DNA from: Candidatus Oxydemutatoraceae bacterium
Lineage (GTDB): Bacteria; Pseudomonadota; Gammaproteobacteria; Poriferisulfidales; Oxydemutatoraceae
Direction: 5' to 3'
Length of the DNA stretch: 64,000 bases
Assembly: GCA_965219575.1 (NCBI GenBank)
Contig: OZ244779.1
Location: 108,769 to 172,768, forward strand
In this document: positions 44,227-55,532 of the stretch, piece by piece
Layout of the letters: every line of letters begins with the position of its first letter
Numbering within the stretch: position 1 is the stretch's first letter
The notes under the pieces: generated by a model
What the model was told of the DNA's origin: nothing
The model's database searches: none
Seen by the model: only the letters and a program-made list of their open reading frames with translations
Position numbers and translations under genes: made by a program

Positions 44227-45333
44227 ATGTGGAAAATAACACCGGATTCGGAACTTGTAGAAATAGCGGCAAAAAACGGAAGAAGTAAAGATACGGTCTG
44301 GCTACCCATAGACGAGTTCGCTTTTTTTCAACCCGAAATGCCGGCTAAAAGCAAAAAGTCATGGCGGCAAACCATACCTTTTGCACTTGAGGACTTGCTT
44401 ATCATGCCGGTAGAAAAAACACATTTTGCGTTTGACCCGAATGCAGACCGGCAAGTTTCGGTTATTGCCGTTTCAAAACAGCAATTAGACGACTATTTGG
44501 CATTGACCCGAGAACAACAAGCACAACCGCGTAAAATGATTCCCGAGCTATACGCTTTACCGTACACCGACGAACAACTCACGGTGTGGCACGAGGGTGA
44601 GCGTTGTTTGATGAGAGATGGCTATCATTCGGGTGGTGCCGGCAGTATAGACTGGATCGCCTCCTTAGCCTCGGTACATGTGCATACCAATCACCTGAAT
44701 ATATATAGCGATAACCCCCAGGCCTTACCCGATGCCTGGCAACAAGATGCCCAAGCTCTACCCGCACCGCTCGATGAAATGATGGGCGGCGGTGCGCCGC
44801 CCGATGCGATCAACCTATTACAAGGCGAATACGCCACAAGCAATGCTACCGCAACTTATCTCAAACCATGGCGAGCAGCGATAGCATTGGCATTGATCGC
44901 CTTCGGGGCACACTTGGCCGTAATGTTTTTTGATACACAACGCTACGATTTGTATACCGAAAATGCCCGGCTTCAATCCGAGCAGTTGGTTAAACAATTA
45001 AAGATACCGGGCGGCGATGTGTCGGATGTGCGAGCTCAGGTGGCACGCTACATAGAATACCTGAGGTCTTATAGCGAGCAACGACAGGAGAATGCTTGGT
45101 CTATGTTGGTGCGAGTCGATAAACTACTGTCCAACTGTTTGCTTTGCCGTGTAGAAAGACTAGAGTTAGACAGCGACAGCCTCGAACTGGATGTGAGTTT
45201 TACCGAAAAGAATGATAACTTTAAGAATAAGATTGAAAGTCTGGCGGATTTCGATGTGGAATCCAAACAACTCCCGAATACTGCCGAGGGACGCAGCCTG
45301 ATGCAGTTTAAGTTAAGCGAGGCGAAGTCTTAG
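44227..45333 (+). CDS. gspL: T2SS protein L
   Basis: IPFALEDLL and INLLQGEY, followed by a TM segment. Confidence 0.88.
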   Translation: MWKITPDSELVEIAAKNGRSKDTVWLPIDEFAFFQPEMPAKSKKSWRQTIPFALEDLLIMPVEKTHFAFDPNADRQVSVIAVSKQQLDDYLALTREQQAQPRKMIPELYALPYTDEQLTVWHEGERCLMRDGYHSGGAGSIDWIASLASVHVHTNHLNIYSDNPQALPDAWQQDAQALPAPLDEMMGGGAPPDAINLLQGEYATSNATATYLKPWRAAIALALIAFGAHLAVMFFDTQRYDLYTENARLQSEQLVKQLKIPGGDVSDVRAQVARYIEYLRSYSEQRQENAWSMLVRVDKLLSNCLLCRVERLELDSDSLELDVSFTEKNDNFKNKIESLADFDVESKQLPNTAEGRSLMQFKLSEAKS

Positions 45334-45362
45334 CCGCATTAAATTCAAACGGATATCAAGCT

Positions 45363-45872
45363 ATGTCGTTATTACCCGCCGGATTATGGAATGAAAGAGA
45401 ACCTCGAGAAAAGGTTCTGCTGATTGCCCTATTGATTTTTGTGATTTCTGCGGTGTTTTACACGATGGTTTATCAACCGCTGCAAAGCCAATATGCACAA
45501 GCCCAAATACAATACCGGCAAGCCGAAAAAGATTACCGCTGGGTGCGTAGCCAAATAGCAACCATCGCCGGACTTAAAGTTACCGCACGCGGTGCCGATT
45601 TGGCAATGGGAGGAATCGGTGGACTACGCACGGAGATAGATCAGAGCCTCCAGAAGTATAAACTTAAAGCCGATGTCGCACTCGTAGACGAAGAGGAGGG
45701 TAGCAAACTTATAGAGATAAAGCTAGACGATGCCGGCGGGCGCGACGTACTGAGGTGGCTGGAGGAAAGCATGCAAAGCGGACACCTTTTACATACATTC
45801 GACCTCGATCATAAAGGGGACGGCAAGGTGTCGGCGGTTGCCTACTTCGAATTAACACAATCCGATAACTAA
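45363..45872 (+). CDS. gspM: T2SS protein M
   Basis: W..REPREK + TM + QPL, and LRWLE motif. Confidence 0.82.
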   Translation: MSLLPAGLWNEREPREKVLLIALLIFVISAVFYTMVYQPLQSQYAQAQIQYRQAEKDYRWVRSQIATIAGLKVTARGADLAMGGIGGLRTEIDQSLQKYKLKADVALVDEEEGSKLIEIKLDDAGGRDVLRWLEESMQSGHLLHTFDLDHKGDGKVSAVAYFELTQSDN

Positions 45873-45886
45873 TCATATAAATTGTC

Positions 45887-46663
45887 ATGTGGTTAATCCT
45901 TAAAATACTATCGTTTTTTGTGTTGCTGGTGCTTGTAGTGCTGTCCTTTGTAGTGACAATACCGCTTCGCTTTATCGTCGACAATGTGCCTGCCGTACCG
46001 CTGCCGATACAAATCAATCATGTGCAAGGCACCGTACCCGACGGCAGCATGCTGTTTGTTTTACAAGATTTACCGTTCTCACCCGAGATCAATTCCAAAT
46101 TAAAAACGCTTGCGGTTTCTTGGCAGTGGTGCCCCAGCCTCGATATCGGAATATCGACTATGTGCGTGGAAGCCGACACCGAACTCGTGCAGGGTGCCTT
46201 AAAGACCGTAATTTCCCCCGTTGCGACCGAACTATACGATGTGTCGCTCACCAGCGAAGTCAAACGTCTGCCGGTGCCTATAGCAAACAATACGATGGAG
46301 ATCAGCGGGAATCTACAGCTGTCGCTCGCTAATATCTTCATACCGTTAGACACGCCGTTTCCTAGCCGCATACAAGGTGAAATCGTATTACAAGACTTAA
46401 TTCTCGGCATCTTCAATCTGGGTAATTTCCGTTTCGATTTGAGCTCCGATGAAAACGAAGAGTTGAGTGCACAAATAACAGGAAGCGGAGAACTCTTTAA
46501 CGCACAAGGTGTGGCAGGCTTGAACAAGGCGGGGGAATATAGATATAACATTGATGTTGAAAGCGGGCATACGCTGGTACGCAACTTTTTATCCCAACAA
46601 GGACAAGCTAACAATGAAGGGGGGTACCGTTTAGCCAAAACAGGCGTTTTACCCGTAATGTGA
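45887..46663 (+). CDS. gspN: T2SS protein N
   Basis: N-terminal TM, VQGTV.DG and beta-rich body; last gene of the gsp operon. Confidence 0.7.
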   Translation: MWLILKILSFFVLLVLVVLSFVVTIPLRFIVDNVPAVPLPIQINHVQGTVPDGSMLFVLQDLPFSPEINSKLKTLAVSWQWCPSLDIGISTMCVEADTELVQGALKTVISPVATELYDVSLTSEVKRLPVPIANNTMEISGNLQLSLANIFIPLDTPFPSRIQGEIVLQDLILGIFNLGNFRFDLSSDENEELSAQITGSGELFNAQGVAGLNKAGEYRYNIDVESGHTLVRNFLSQQGQANNEGGYRLAKTGVLPVM

Positions 46664-46666
46664 TAG

Positions 46667-47303
46667 AACCGCCGATTGAGCCAAATAACCGTTCTTTGTT
46701 GCAGTAGCACAAGGAACGTTACGTTATGCGAGGTTTAACTATTTATGGTTATTAGAAATAATAATAATGTCAAAGGTCAATCGGCGTGACATGGGACTGT
46801 TGAAAAAGTATTCCATAGAGTGGTAGGGGCGGACTTGCATGTCCGCCCGAAACGTATCATGTTTGCACGATTAACGCGTTCACCCATTAATATTGTGGAA
46901 ACCATTATTTGTTGGCGCAAGCGGTTACGGTTATTCTGGATGCTACTTAAGGGCAGACATATAAGTCTGCCCCTACAGGTGGGTTGGATAATTATGTGGC
47001 GCAAGCGGTTACGATCGTGCAAAACGGTATTTTTCAACAGTCCCACATGGGACTGTTGAAAAAGTATTTCATAAAGTTGTAGGGGCGGACTTGTATGTCC
47101 GCCCGAAACGTATCATGTTTGCACGATTAACGCGTTCACCCATTAATATTGTGGAAACCATTATTTGTTGGCGCAAGCGGTTACGGTTATTCTGGACGCT
47201 ACTTAAGGGCAGACATATAAGTCTGCCCCTACAGGTGGTCTGCGTAATTGAGGGGCGCAAGCGGTTACGATCGTGCAAAACGGTATTTTTCAACAGTCCC
47301 ACA
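46667..47303. repeat. Split GCCGATTGA hairpin plus two tandem composite units
   Basis: Units start at 46790 and 47046 (256-bp period); hairpin arms at ~46671 and ~46775. Confidence 0.87.
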
Positions 47304-47338
47304 TTACTACTTTGCGCTTACAAAAATCGGCTGAGTGT

Positions 47339-47366
47339 TTGACATCTCCGTTTTTTCGATTAAAAT
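47339..47366 (+). promoter_or_regulatory. Sigma70 promoter of the rpsF operon
   Basis: TTGACA-16 bp-TAAAAT. Confidence 0.7.
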
Positions 47367-47378
47367 AATTTTCTTTTG

Positions 47379-47416
47379 TTCCTTGCCCGTATGGGCAAAA
47401 ACCATAAGGAGCCATT
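47379..47416 (+). promoter_or_regulatory. Compact S6:S18 (rpsF) autoregulatory leader
   Basis: TTCCTTGCCC-GTAT-GGGC-AAAAACCATAAGGAG: stem pairing with the SD region and a CCR loop, as in gammaproteobacterial rpsF leaders. Confidence 0.55.
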
Positions 47417-47992
47417 ATGCGACATTACGAAATTGTATTTCTGGTGCACCCCGAGCAAAGTACGCAAGTGCCGGAAATGATAGAACGATATAAATCCATT
47501 ATAGAATCAAGCAACGGCAAGGTGCACCGTTTGGAGGATTGGGGGCTTCGGCAGCTTGCGTATCCTATAAAAAAATCAAACGAGGCATATTATGTGCTGA
47601 TGAACATAGAATGCACCCAACAAGTGCGCAAAGAGATTGCGGACTCCTTCCATTTTAGCGATGCCGTATTGAGAAACCTGATTTTGAGCAAAGAAAACCC
47701 GATTATTAAACATTCGCCTATTAAACAGGCAATGGAAAAAGCCGAAAAATTGAAGCATGAAAGGGAGCAAGCCTTAACCGCCGCCGACATGGAAAAAGCT
47801 CCCTCTTCTAAACCCAAAGATAAACACATCAAAGAGACTGACGAAGACAAATCGGCTCACGAAACGGATGCCGTAGAGGCAACCGAGAGCAAAGCACAAC
47901 CGGATAAAAGTGATAATGAAAAATCCGAAGAAATCGATAATGCCCCAAACAATCCCACGGAGGACAAACATGTTGACCCCACAAAAAACTAA
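47417..47992 (+). CDS. rpsF: 30S ribosomal protein S6 with long C-terminal tail
   Basis: [12 protein letters not shown] and [12 protein letters not shown]. Confidence 0.95.
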   Translation: MRHYEIVFLVHPEQSTQVPEMIERYKSIIESSNGKVHRLEDWGLRQLAYPIKKSNEAYYVLMNIECTQQVRKEIADSFHFSDAVLRNLILSKENPIIKHSPIKQAMEKAEKLKHEREQALTAADMEKAPSSKPKDKHIKETDEDKSAHETDAVEATESKAQPDKSDNEKSEEIDNAPNNPTEDKHVDPTKN

Positions 47993-48194
47993 AAAATACT
48001 GCCGCTTCACACGAGAAAATTGTCAAGAGATCGATTATAAAGATATAGACCTCTTAAAAGATTACATTTCCGACACCGGCAAAATTATCCCCAGACGGGT
48101 GACCGGCACTAAAGCGATGTACCAAAGCAGACTTGCCAATGCCATCAAACTCGCACGCTATTTGGCATTACTACCGTATACCGATAGGCACTAA
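47970..48194 (+). CDS. rpsR: 30S ribosomal protein S18
   Basis: [22 protein letters not shown] and ARYLALLPY; GGAGG RBS inside rpsF. Confidence 0.95.
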   Translation: MLTPQKTKKYCRFTRENCQEIDYKDIDLLKDYISDTGKIIPRRVTGTKAMYQSRLANAIKLARYLALLPYTDRH

Positions 48195-48219
48195 ATAATT
48201 CCTCTAAGGTGATAAAGAG

Positions 48220-48789
48220 ATGGAAATAATTTTAATAGATAAAATCAAAAACTTAGGCGACGTGGGTGATGTCGTAAAAGTGCGGTCGGGTTATGCACGC
48301 AATTACCTAATCCCCTACGGTAAAGCTAAATTTGCAACCGAAGAAAACCGGTTAGAAATTGAACGACGACGCGCCGAATACGAAAGACATGTGTCCGAAG
48401 ATCGAGCTTTAGCCAAAGAGCACGCCGAAAAGTTGAAAGATTTGGATTTAACCATCAGCGTACAAGCAATGGAGGACGGACGACTCTACGGTTCGGTCAG
48501 CATCACCGAAGTTTGCAAACTCGTCCTTCAAAAGTGCGGAATCGAATTACAGAAACAAGAGATTAATTTTCCCGAAGGTCAAATACGCTCGCTCGGTTCA
48601 CACGCCGTGGTATTCAATCTGCATAGCGATGTGCAGGTGGCGGCTCAGCTACAAGTCGTGTCGGCACGACAGTCGCCTTCCGATGAGAATATCCAACAAG
48701 AAAATCTCGAAGACCAATCTTCGGAAGAAACCCCTGCAGATTTATCGCCTCAAGAAAGCCCCGATGCCGCTAAGACCGATAGTGGCTAA
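48220..48789 (+). CDS. rplI: 50S ribosomal protein L9 with C-terminal tail
   Basis: LGDVGDVVKVRSGYARNYLIP and GRLYGSV. Confidence 0.95.
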   Translation: MEIILIDKIKNLGDVGDVVKVRSGYARNYLIPYGKAKFATEENRLEIERRRAEYERHVSEDRALAKEHAEKLKDLDLTISVQAMEDGRLYGSVSITEVCKLVLQKCGIELQKQEINFPEGQIRSLGSHAVVFNLHSDVQVAAQLQVVSARQSPSDENIQQENLEDQSSEETPADLSPQESPDAAKTDSG

Positions 48790-48822
48790 ACCGTAGGATA
48801 TAACAAGCTGCCCGATAATACG

Positions 48823-50265
48823 ATGGAAAACTCCGCTTTGAATCAAAACACCTCGGGCGCACATGCTCCCCCACATTCGACCGAAGCGGAACAAGCGGTA
48901 ATCGGAGGGCTACTGTTAGACCCCGAAGCGTTTGATAAAATTGCCGATGTTTTGAAAAAAAACGATTTTTATGAAAAGCGTAACCAAGATCTGTTCAATG
49001 CGATCTACGAATTAAATCAGCGCGGAGAACCGTGCGATTTTATTACCGTATCCAACTTCTTAAAAAGTTCGAAAAAAACCGACGATACCACCCTATCTTA
49101 TTTAACATCGCTGGTCAAAGAAACACCGAGTGCTGCGCGCATTAAGACCTATGCCGACATCGTTCGCGAACATGCCGCTAAACGCCGACTTATTTCCGTT
49201 GCGACGAAGCTCATAGAACTGGCATACAGCAAGGGCGAGCAGAGTAGCCGAGAGCTACTCAATAAAGCCGAGCAGTTAATACTCAATGTGTCGGACGAAA
49301 CCCAAAAAACGACCGACCTTCGCTCGATCGCGGAACTCAGCAATATCGTATACGAACAAATCCAAAAACGTTCGGAATCGGACGAGCTTATAACCGGTGT
49401 GCCTACCGGCTTTACCACCATAGACGATAAAACCGGCGGATTACAGAAAGGCGATTTGATTATTATCGCCGGGCGACCCTCTATGGGTAAAACCAGCTTG
49501 GCATTGAATATCGCCGAGCATGTAGCAATCGAAAAACAACAAGGAACCGTTGCCATATTCAGCATGGAAATGCCTGCCGAACAGATTATTTCCAGATTAT
49601 TCTCCTCGGCTGCCAAAATCAACCAAATGCATATGCGTAGCGGTAAATTGACCGATACAGAATGGGCTAGCTTAATAAAATGGCTCGGTATTTTTAAGAA
49701 AGCCTCTTTGTACATAGACGACAGTAGTACCTTAACGGATATAGATGTTTGTGCGCGAGTAAGACGACTAAAGCGCGAACAACCCGACCTTGCTTTGGTG
49801 ATCGTGGATTACCTGCAACTGATGCATCTGGATAGAACTATTGAAAATCGTGCCGTTGAAATCTCCGTTATTTCTCGTGCCTTAAAGTCGCTCGCCCGCG
49901 AGGTCAAAGTGCCGGTGGTTGCCTTATCGCAACTCAACCGCAATATCGAGAGTCGTAGAACCAAACCGCAAATGTCCGATTTACGAGAATCCGGGGCTAT
50001 AGAACAAGATGCAGACCTCATCATGGCCATTTATCGCGAACTCGATAGAGGCAATCTAAGCGAAGGCAGGTCTACGACAACCGACGGTGTAATCAATGTA
50101 GATATAGTCAAACAACGCAACGGTCCTACCTTCGACACCAAGCTAACATTCATAGGCAAACATACGCGCTTTGAAAATTATATTTCCGAGGATGTTGCGG
50201 AATCGGTAGAACGAGCGACCCCTACTTTTATAAAAAGCTATAATGACTTGAAAGAGGATTTTTAA
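48823..50265 (+). CDS. dnaB: Replicative DNA helicase
   Basis: PPHSTEAEQAV, GRPSMGKT, DYLQL, SQLNR, SDLRESGAIEQDAD and KQRNGP. Confidence 0.97.
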   Translation: MENSALNQNTSGAHAPPHSTEAEQAVIGGLLLDPEAFDKIADVLKKNDFYEKRNQDLFNAIYELNQRGEPCDFITVSNFLKSSKKTDDTTLSYLTSLVKETPSAARIKTYADIVREHAAKRRLISVATKLIELAYSKGEQSSRELLNKAEQLILNVSDETQKTTDLRSIAELSNIVYEQIQKRSESDELITGVPTGFTTIDDKTGGLQKGDLIIIAGRPSMGKTSLALNIAEHVAIEKQQGTVAIFSMEMPAEQIISRLFSSAAKINQMHMRSGKLTDTEWASLIKWLGIFKKASLYIDDSSTLTDIDVCARVRRLKREQPDLALVIVDYLQLMHLDRTIENRAVEISVISRALKSLAREVKVPVVALSQLNRNIESRRTKPQMSDLRESGAIEQDADLIMAIYRELDRGNLSEGRSTTTDGVINVDIVKQRNGPTFDTKLTFIGKHTRFENYISEDVAESVERATPTFIKSYNDLKEDF

Positions 50266-50316
50266 GCGGTTTTTATTTATGTTTACTCAACCACTACATC
50301 TTTTCACTTTCTTGCC

Positions 50317-51390
50317 ATGATTCGCTCGCTGAATAAACATCTAGATATTCAGGCACTCAAAAGCAATTATGATTATTTGCAGAAGTTCTGTGCGCCTGCC
50401 AAAGCCATCACGGTAATAAAATCGGAAGCCTACGGGCACGGTTTGCTGAGGGTTGCAAAAGCACTAAAGAATGCCGACGGTTTTGCGGTTGCTTGCATCA
50501 GCGAGGGCATTGCGCTACGCCGAGCAGGCGTTAGCCAGAGAATTGTCGTACTACAAGGCGGACACGGACTGCAGGATATAGAGCTGGCTCGCAACTATAA
50601 CTTGACACTCGTTATACATTGTCAACGCCAAATAGACGGCTTGCAACAAAACAACTGCCGAGGACTTGCTTTCTGGGTTAAGTTCGATACCGGGATGCAC
50701 CGCTTGGGCTTTAATTGGATCGAACATAAAACCGTAGTGCCGGCATTATTAAACCTCCGAGGTCTCGCCGGTCCTCTGGTACTCATGTCGCACTTTTGTT
50801 GCGCCGACGGCAACGAGGCACTGACTCGCATGCAATTACAAAAGTTTGAAGATCTCTGTGCTTATTACGAAAAAGAGGGCGTGCAGGCATCCATTGCCAA
50901 CTCCGCTGCAACCTTAAGCCTGCCCGAGTCTCATAAAGACTGGGTCAGGTCGGGACTTTCCGTCTACGGGGTGACAGCTAAAAATGCCCCGCTCAAACAC
51001 AAAGGGAAATTAAAACCGGTGATGCGCTTAACGGCCCCGGTTATCGCCGTACGCGACTTTAATAAAGGCGATCGCTTGGGTTACAACGGCGAATACATAT
51101 GCACAAGAAAAACACAGGCCGCAATCATCGGAGCCGGTTATGGCGACGGCTATCCATGGCATGCGGTATCGGGAACACCTGTTTGGTTATCGGGTCAACG
51201 ATGTCATATCGCCGGACATGTATCGATGGATATGATTACGGTAGACGCTACCGGCGCGGATATATCGGTGGGCGATAACGTAGAATTGTGGGGAGAACAT
51301 ATATCGGTAGGCGAAATTGCCCAACACGCTTCCACTATCCCCTACGAATTATTATGCTCGGTGAGCTCAACGGCAACGACGCTGGTATAA
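50317..51390 (+). CDS. alr: Alanine racemase
   Basis: VIKSEAYGHG, DTGMHRLG, GYGDGY, VSMDM and IPYELL. Confidence 0.94.
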   Translation: MIRSLNKHLDIQALKSNYDYLQKFCAPAKAITVIKSEAYGHGLLRVAKALKNADGFAVACISEGIALRRAGVSQRIVVLQGGHGLQDIELARNYNLTLVIHCQRQIDGLQQNNCRGLAFWVKFDTGMHRLGFNWIEHKTVVPALLNLRGLAGPLVLMSHFCCADGNEALTRMQLQKFEDLCAYYEKEGVQASIANSAATLSLPESHKDWVRSGLSVYGVTAKNAPLKHKGKLKPVMRLTAPVIAVRDFNKGDRLGYNGEYICTRKTQAAIIGAGYGDGYPWHAVSGTPVWLSGQRCHIAGHVSMDMITVDATGADISVGDNVELWGEHISVGEIAQHASTIPYELLCSVSSTATTLV

Positions 51391-51454
51391 GCATAGCAAG
51401 AAAGAAAAGGGAATTGACTATAACATCCGGTTATTAGAAAATAAAGCACCGAGC

Positions 51455-51530
51455 GCGGGAGTAGCTCAGCTGGTAGAGCGCAACCTTGCCAAGGTTGAGG
51501 TCGCGGGTTCGAACCCCGTCTCCCGCTCCA
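51455..51530 (+). tRNA. tRNA-Gly (GCC)
   Basis: GCGGGAGTAGCTCAG...CTTGCCAAG...GGTTCGAACCC...CCCGCTCCA, 76 nt with encoded CCA. Confidence 0.97.
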
Positions 51531-51571
51531 TTTTCTCTTAGCAAACCTGCCCAACATTGCATAGCAAAACA

Positions 51572-51600
51572 TTGCAAATTCTTGGGTAGGGCTGTATAAT
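51572..51600 (+). promoter_or_regulatory. Sigma70 promoter of rpsU
   Basis: TTGCAA-17 bp-TATAAT. Confidence 0.6.
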
Positions 51601-51626
51601 TCACCATTCAACCGGAAACAAACGTA

Positions 51627-51842
51627 ATGCCTACAGTACGAATTAAAGAGAATGAACCACTCGATATCGCCATCAGACGCTTCAGGCGTACTTGCGAAAA
51701 AGCCGGTATTTTAACGGAAATCCGTTTTCGTGAATTTTATGAAAAACCCACTACGGTGCGTCGCCGGAAGTCAATTTTGGCAAAAAAGCGACAAAGTAGA
51801 CATACCTTCAAAGTTAGATCTAAGCGCACTCGTTTATACTAA
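51627..51842 (+). CDS. rpsU: 30S ribosomal protein S21
   Basis: [26 protein letters not shown]. Confidence 0.95.
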   Translation: MPTVRIKENEPLDIAIRRFRRTCEKAGILTEIRFREFYEKPTTVRRRKSILAKKRQSRHTFKVRSKRTRLY

Positions 51843-51853
51843 TCCACCCACCC

Positions 51854-52297
51854 ATGAAACATCGTATCGAGGACGATGCCAAAATAGCAATGAAAAGCGG
51901 CGATAAGCCTCGCTTGGCGGTATTGCGTTTGATACTATCCGAAATAAAACGCATAGAAATAGACTCTCGAACCGAACTCGATGAAAACGGCATCTTGGAT
52001 ACGCTCGGCAGAATGGCAAAACAACGACGCGAATCTATCAAACAATTTGCCGATGCAGGTCGTACCGATTTACAGCAAAAAGAGGACTTCGAACTCGAAG
52101 TCATCACAAGTTATATGCCGAAACAACTCGACGAAACCGAACTCAATACTCTGATCGACCAAGCAATCGACAAGACCGGAGCGACCGGTGTCAGAGATAT
52201 GTCCAAAGTGATGGCGGAGATTAAAGCACAAGCTCGCGGGAGCGCAGATCTATCGGCGGTCGGTCGCATCGTCAAAGCGAAACTAACATCTACATAA
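51854..52297 (+). CDS. GatB/YqeY domain protein
   Basis: AMKSGDK, KQRRESI.QF..AGR.DL and YMPKQL; follows rpsU. Confidence 0.9.
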   Translation: MKHRIEDDAKIAMKSGDKPRLAVLRLILSEIKRIEIDSRTELDENGILDTLGRMAKQRRESIKQFADAGRTDLQQKEDFELEVITSYMPKQLDETELNTLIDQAIDKTGATGVRDMSKVMAEIKAQARGSADLSAVGRIVKAKLTST

Positions 52298-52320
52298 TCG
52301 GCAAATATACCGATAACGAT

Positions 52321-53181
52321 ATGGGGAAAAACTTAGTCAAAAGCAAAGATATGGCGATGGTGCCGGTAAGCAGTCTGAATGCTTACATCAGTGCGGCTTA
52401 CGGTATTCCGGTGTTGGATGCCGAAGAGGAACAGCGGCTTGCGCGTCGCTATCATCAAGAGAACGATGTAGAAGCGGCACGCAAATTAGCAATGCACAAT
52501 CTACGTTTTGTTATACAGATTGCGCGTGGCTACAGCGGATACGGGCTTGCACTAGGCGATTTGATACAAGAGGGTAACATCGGATTATTAAAGGCAATAC
52601 AACGTTTCGATCCGGCCATCGGCGTGCGCTTGGTCTCTTTTGCGGTGCATTGGATTCGCGCCGAAATTCACGAGTTTATCATTAAGAATTGGCGCATCGT
52701 CAAAGTTGCCACAACCAAAGCACAGCGCAAACTTTTCTTCAATCTTAGAAGTTCCAAAAAAAGATTGGGTTGGATGAACCGGCAAGAGGTTGAAGAAATC
52801 GCAAATCAACTCGGTGTCAAAGCCAAAGAAGTCACCGAAATGGAAAAGCGCATGGGGCAATCCGAAGTGAGCATAGACCCGCTGCCGGATGCACACGATG
52901 AAGCGGCTTTTTCACCCATCGCTTACTTGACCGACGAACGAGAAACAGATCCGGCGGAACATTTTGAAAATGTACAAGCAAGCACCTATAACCGCAAAAA
53001 ACTGGACGAGGCACTAAAAACCTTGGACGAGCGTAGTCTTGCCATCTTAAAAGCACGTTGGTTGTCCGATAAAAAAGCGACTCTGCACACGCTGGCGGAT
53101 CAATACAAAGTTTCTGCGGAGCGTATTCGCCAAATTGAAAGCCAGGCCCTACAAAAACTCAAAAAAGCGATAAAAACATAA
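52321..53181 (+). CDS. rpoH: RNA polymerase sigma-32 factor
   Basis: DLIQEGNIGL and the RpoH box QRKLFFNLR. Confidence 0.96.
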   Translation: MGKNLVKSKDMAMVPVSSLNAYISAAYGIPVLDAEEEQRLARRYHQENDVEAARKLAMHNLRFVIQIARGYSGYGLALGDLIQEGNIGLLKAIQRFDPAIGVRLVSFAVHWIRAEIHEFIIKNWRIVKVATTKAQRKLFFNLRSSKKRLGWMNRQEVEEIANQLGVKAKEVTEMEKRMGQSEVSIDPLPDAHDEAAFSPIAYLTDERETDPAEHFENVQASTYNRKKLDEALKTLDERSLAILKARWLSDKKATLHTLADQYKVSAERIRQIESQALQKLKKAIKT

Positions 53182-53202
53182 TCGGCAGAGAACGATTCGA
53201 TA

Positions 53203-55077
53203 ATGGAATACCAACGAACATTTGATGTCATTGTTATCGGCGGCGGACACGCCGGCTGCGAGGCGGCATCGGGTGCGGCGCGCACCGGCGCGACGGTGCT
53301 ACTACTAACACAAAACATAGACACCATCGGGCAGATGAGTTGTAATCCTGCCATCGGCGGCATCGGGAAAAGCCATTTAGTACGTGAGATTGACGCACTC
53401 GACGGATTGATGGCGCGCTGCGCCGACCTGTCGGGCATCCATTTTCGGATGCTCAACGCAAGCAAAGGGCCTGCAGTACAAGCGATACGGGCGCAAGCAG
53501 ACCGCCGGCTGTATAAAGCGGCAATGCGCAGAATGTTGGAGCAGTACTCCGACATCTATATGTTTCAACAAACGGTAGACGATCTCATCGTCGATAAAGA
53601 TCGTATTCAAGGCGTGATTACACAAATGGGGCTTCGCTTTCGGGCAAGCACCGTCGTTTTAACCACCGGCACTTTCTTGGGTGGACACATACATATCGGT
53701 ACGCACAATTATCGGGGCGGACGCGCCGGCGAGGCACCGGCGAATGCGCTTGCCGAAAGACTGCGCGCGTTGCCGTTGCGCGTGGGGCGATTGAAAACCG
53801 GTACACCGCCGCGCATCGCTAAAAACACCATAGACTTTTGCAAACTCACGGCACAACACAGCGACACACCGCAGCCGGTATTCTCTTATATGGCAAACCG
53901 AGAAGAGCATCCGCCGCAACGCGAATGTTTTATAACTCGTACGAACGAAAAAACCCACGATATTATACGCTCGGCACTGCATCGCTCGCCGATTTATAAC
54001 GGCACCATCCGTTCCACCGGTCCGCGCTACTGTCCGTCGATAGAGGACAAGGTCGTGCGCTTCGCCGACAAAACATCTCATCAGATTTTCATAGAACCCG
54101 AGGGTTTGGATAGCGGCGAGATTTATCCGAACGGAATTTCCACTTGCTTGGACTTCGATGTACAGCTTGCAATGGTGCGCTCTATCGACGGTTTTGAAAA
54201 AGCGCATATCACACGCCCGGCTTATGCGATTGAATACGATTATATGGATCCTCGCGACTTGGACGCATCGCTTGAAACCCGAGCCATAGAAGGTTTGTTT
54301 TTCGCCGGACAGATCAACGGCACAACCGGCTACGAAGAGGCTGCAGCACAAGGTCTGCTCGCCGGACTCAACGCTGCCCGCAAAGCACAAGGCAAAACAC
54401 TATGGCACCCGACACGAGAACAAGCCTATATCGGCGTGCTGATAGACGACCTGACCGTCTACGGCACCGACGAACCTTATCGGATGTTCACAAGCCGTGC
54501 CGAATATAGATTATCTTTGCGTCAAGACAATGCCGATTTACGTCTTTGCGAACAAGGCAGAAAGCTCGGTTTGGTCGGCGATGAACGTTGGCACTTGTTT
54601 GAACATAAGCGCAAACGGATAGCTACCGAGCAAGCAAAACTGCAAAGCCTATCTATCAATCCCGAACAGGGACGGCAACTGGGCATAGAACTTAAGCAAA
54701 CCTGCAGTGCCGCAGAGCTACTTAAAAGACCCGAAATCCGCTACCGAGACATTGTCGGCATTGCCGATATCGATCGGCCGGCTACCGACGAACAGGTGGT
54801 CTCGCAAATAGAGATACAGGCGAAATACAGCGGCTACTTGGCACGCCAGCAAGACGAAATAGATCGGCTCGCACAGGCGCGCTCGCAACAAATCCCCGCC
54901 GGTTTTGATTATTCCAAAGTCATCGGTCTATCAAATGAATTGCGCGACAAACTCAACGAATCTAAACCGGCATCGATAGGGCAAGCCGAGCGCATCCCGG
55001 GCATGACACCGGCTTCTTTGTCCTTATTGCGTATTTATTTGAAAAAATATGATTTTGGCTATCGGCGTAGTGCCTAA
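53203..55077 (+). CDS. mnmG: tRNA uridine-5-carboxymethylaminomethyl modification enzyme
   Basis: [30 protein letters not shown] and [14 protein letters not shown]. Confidence 0.97.
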   Translation: MEYQRTFDVIVIGGGHAGCEAASGAARTGATVLLLTQNIDTIGQMSCNPAIGGIGKSHLVREIDALDGLMARCADLSGIHFRMLNASKGPAVQAIRAQADRRLYKAAMRRMLEQYSDIYMFQQTVDDLIVDKDRIQGVITQMGLRFRASTVVLTTGTFLGGHIHIGTHNYRGGRAGEAPANALAERLRALPLRVGRLKTGTPPRIAKNTIDFCKLTAQHSDTPQPVFSYMANREEHPPQRECFITRTNEKTHDIIRSALHRSPIYNGTIRSTGPRYCPSIEDKVVRFADKTSHQIFIEPEGLDSGEIYPNGISTCLDFDVQLAMVRSIDGFEKAHITRPAYAIEYDYMDPRDLDASLETRAIEGLFFAGQINGTTGYEEAAAQGLLAGLNAARKAQGKTLWHPTREQAYIGVLIDDLTVYGTDEPYRMFTSRAEYRLSLRQDNADLRLCEQGRKLGLVGDERWHLFEHKRKRIATEQAKLQSLSINPEQGRQLGIELKQTCSAAELLKRPEIRYRDIVGIADIDRPATDEQVVSQIEIQAKYSGYLARQQDEIDRLAQARSQQIPAGFDYSKVIGLSNELRDKLNESKPASIGQAERIPGMTPASLSLLRIYLKKYDFGYRRSA

Positions 55078-55531
55078 TCTGATATTGGGATTGCTGCTCT
55101 TCGGGTTGATACCGACGGCGGACGCACAAAGCCGCATAGAGTCCGAACACACACGGCATATAAAAAGCAAGCACAGTGTCGAATTGACCGTAGAACGTGC
55201 CAAGCGCATCGCAGAACACAACGAACTCAAAGTGTTCGGCGTGATAGACCATGCACAAAACGCCGCCGACGCAGGTATGGAACTACTGCCCACCCAACTG
55301 CTCGTATTCGGCAACCTCGCCGTTGACACCGAATTGATGCAGGCAAACCCGCTCGTCGGCCTTGATTTGCCGCTCAAACTATTGGTTTGGGAAGATCGCG
55401 ACGGTGTCGTTTGGATCAGCTATAGCTCGGCGGAGGCTATGCAAAAACGCCACAATCTGTCTGAATACACCAAACAATTTCGCGACACCGAGGCTTTGTT
55501 GAAAGACTTGGCACAGGCTGTCGGACGATAA
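55049..55531 (+). CDS. DUF302 domain secreted protein
   Basis: Signal peptide; [14 protein letters not shown] and [13 protein letters not shown]. Confidence 0.85.
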   Translation: MILAIGVVPNLILGLLLFGLIPTADAQSRIESEHTRHIKSKHSVELTVERAKRIAEHNELKVFGVIDHAQNAADAGMELLPTQLLVFGNLAVDTELMQANPLVGLDLPLKLLVWEDRDGVVWISYSSAEAMQKRHNLSEYTKQFRDTEALLKDLAQAVGR

Positions 55532-55532
55532 T

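Noticed and set aside
46018-46710. Long antisense ORFs (also 1038-1613, 49149-49715, 53659-54390, 59985-60551)
   Set aside because: They lie opposite well-supported genes and carry no recognisable motifs.
51455-51530. tRNA-Gly as an integration site
   Set aside because: It is flanked by housekeeping genes, with no duplicated 3' end or integrase.
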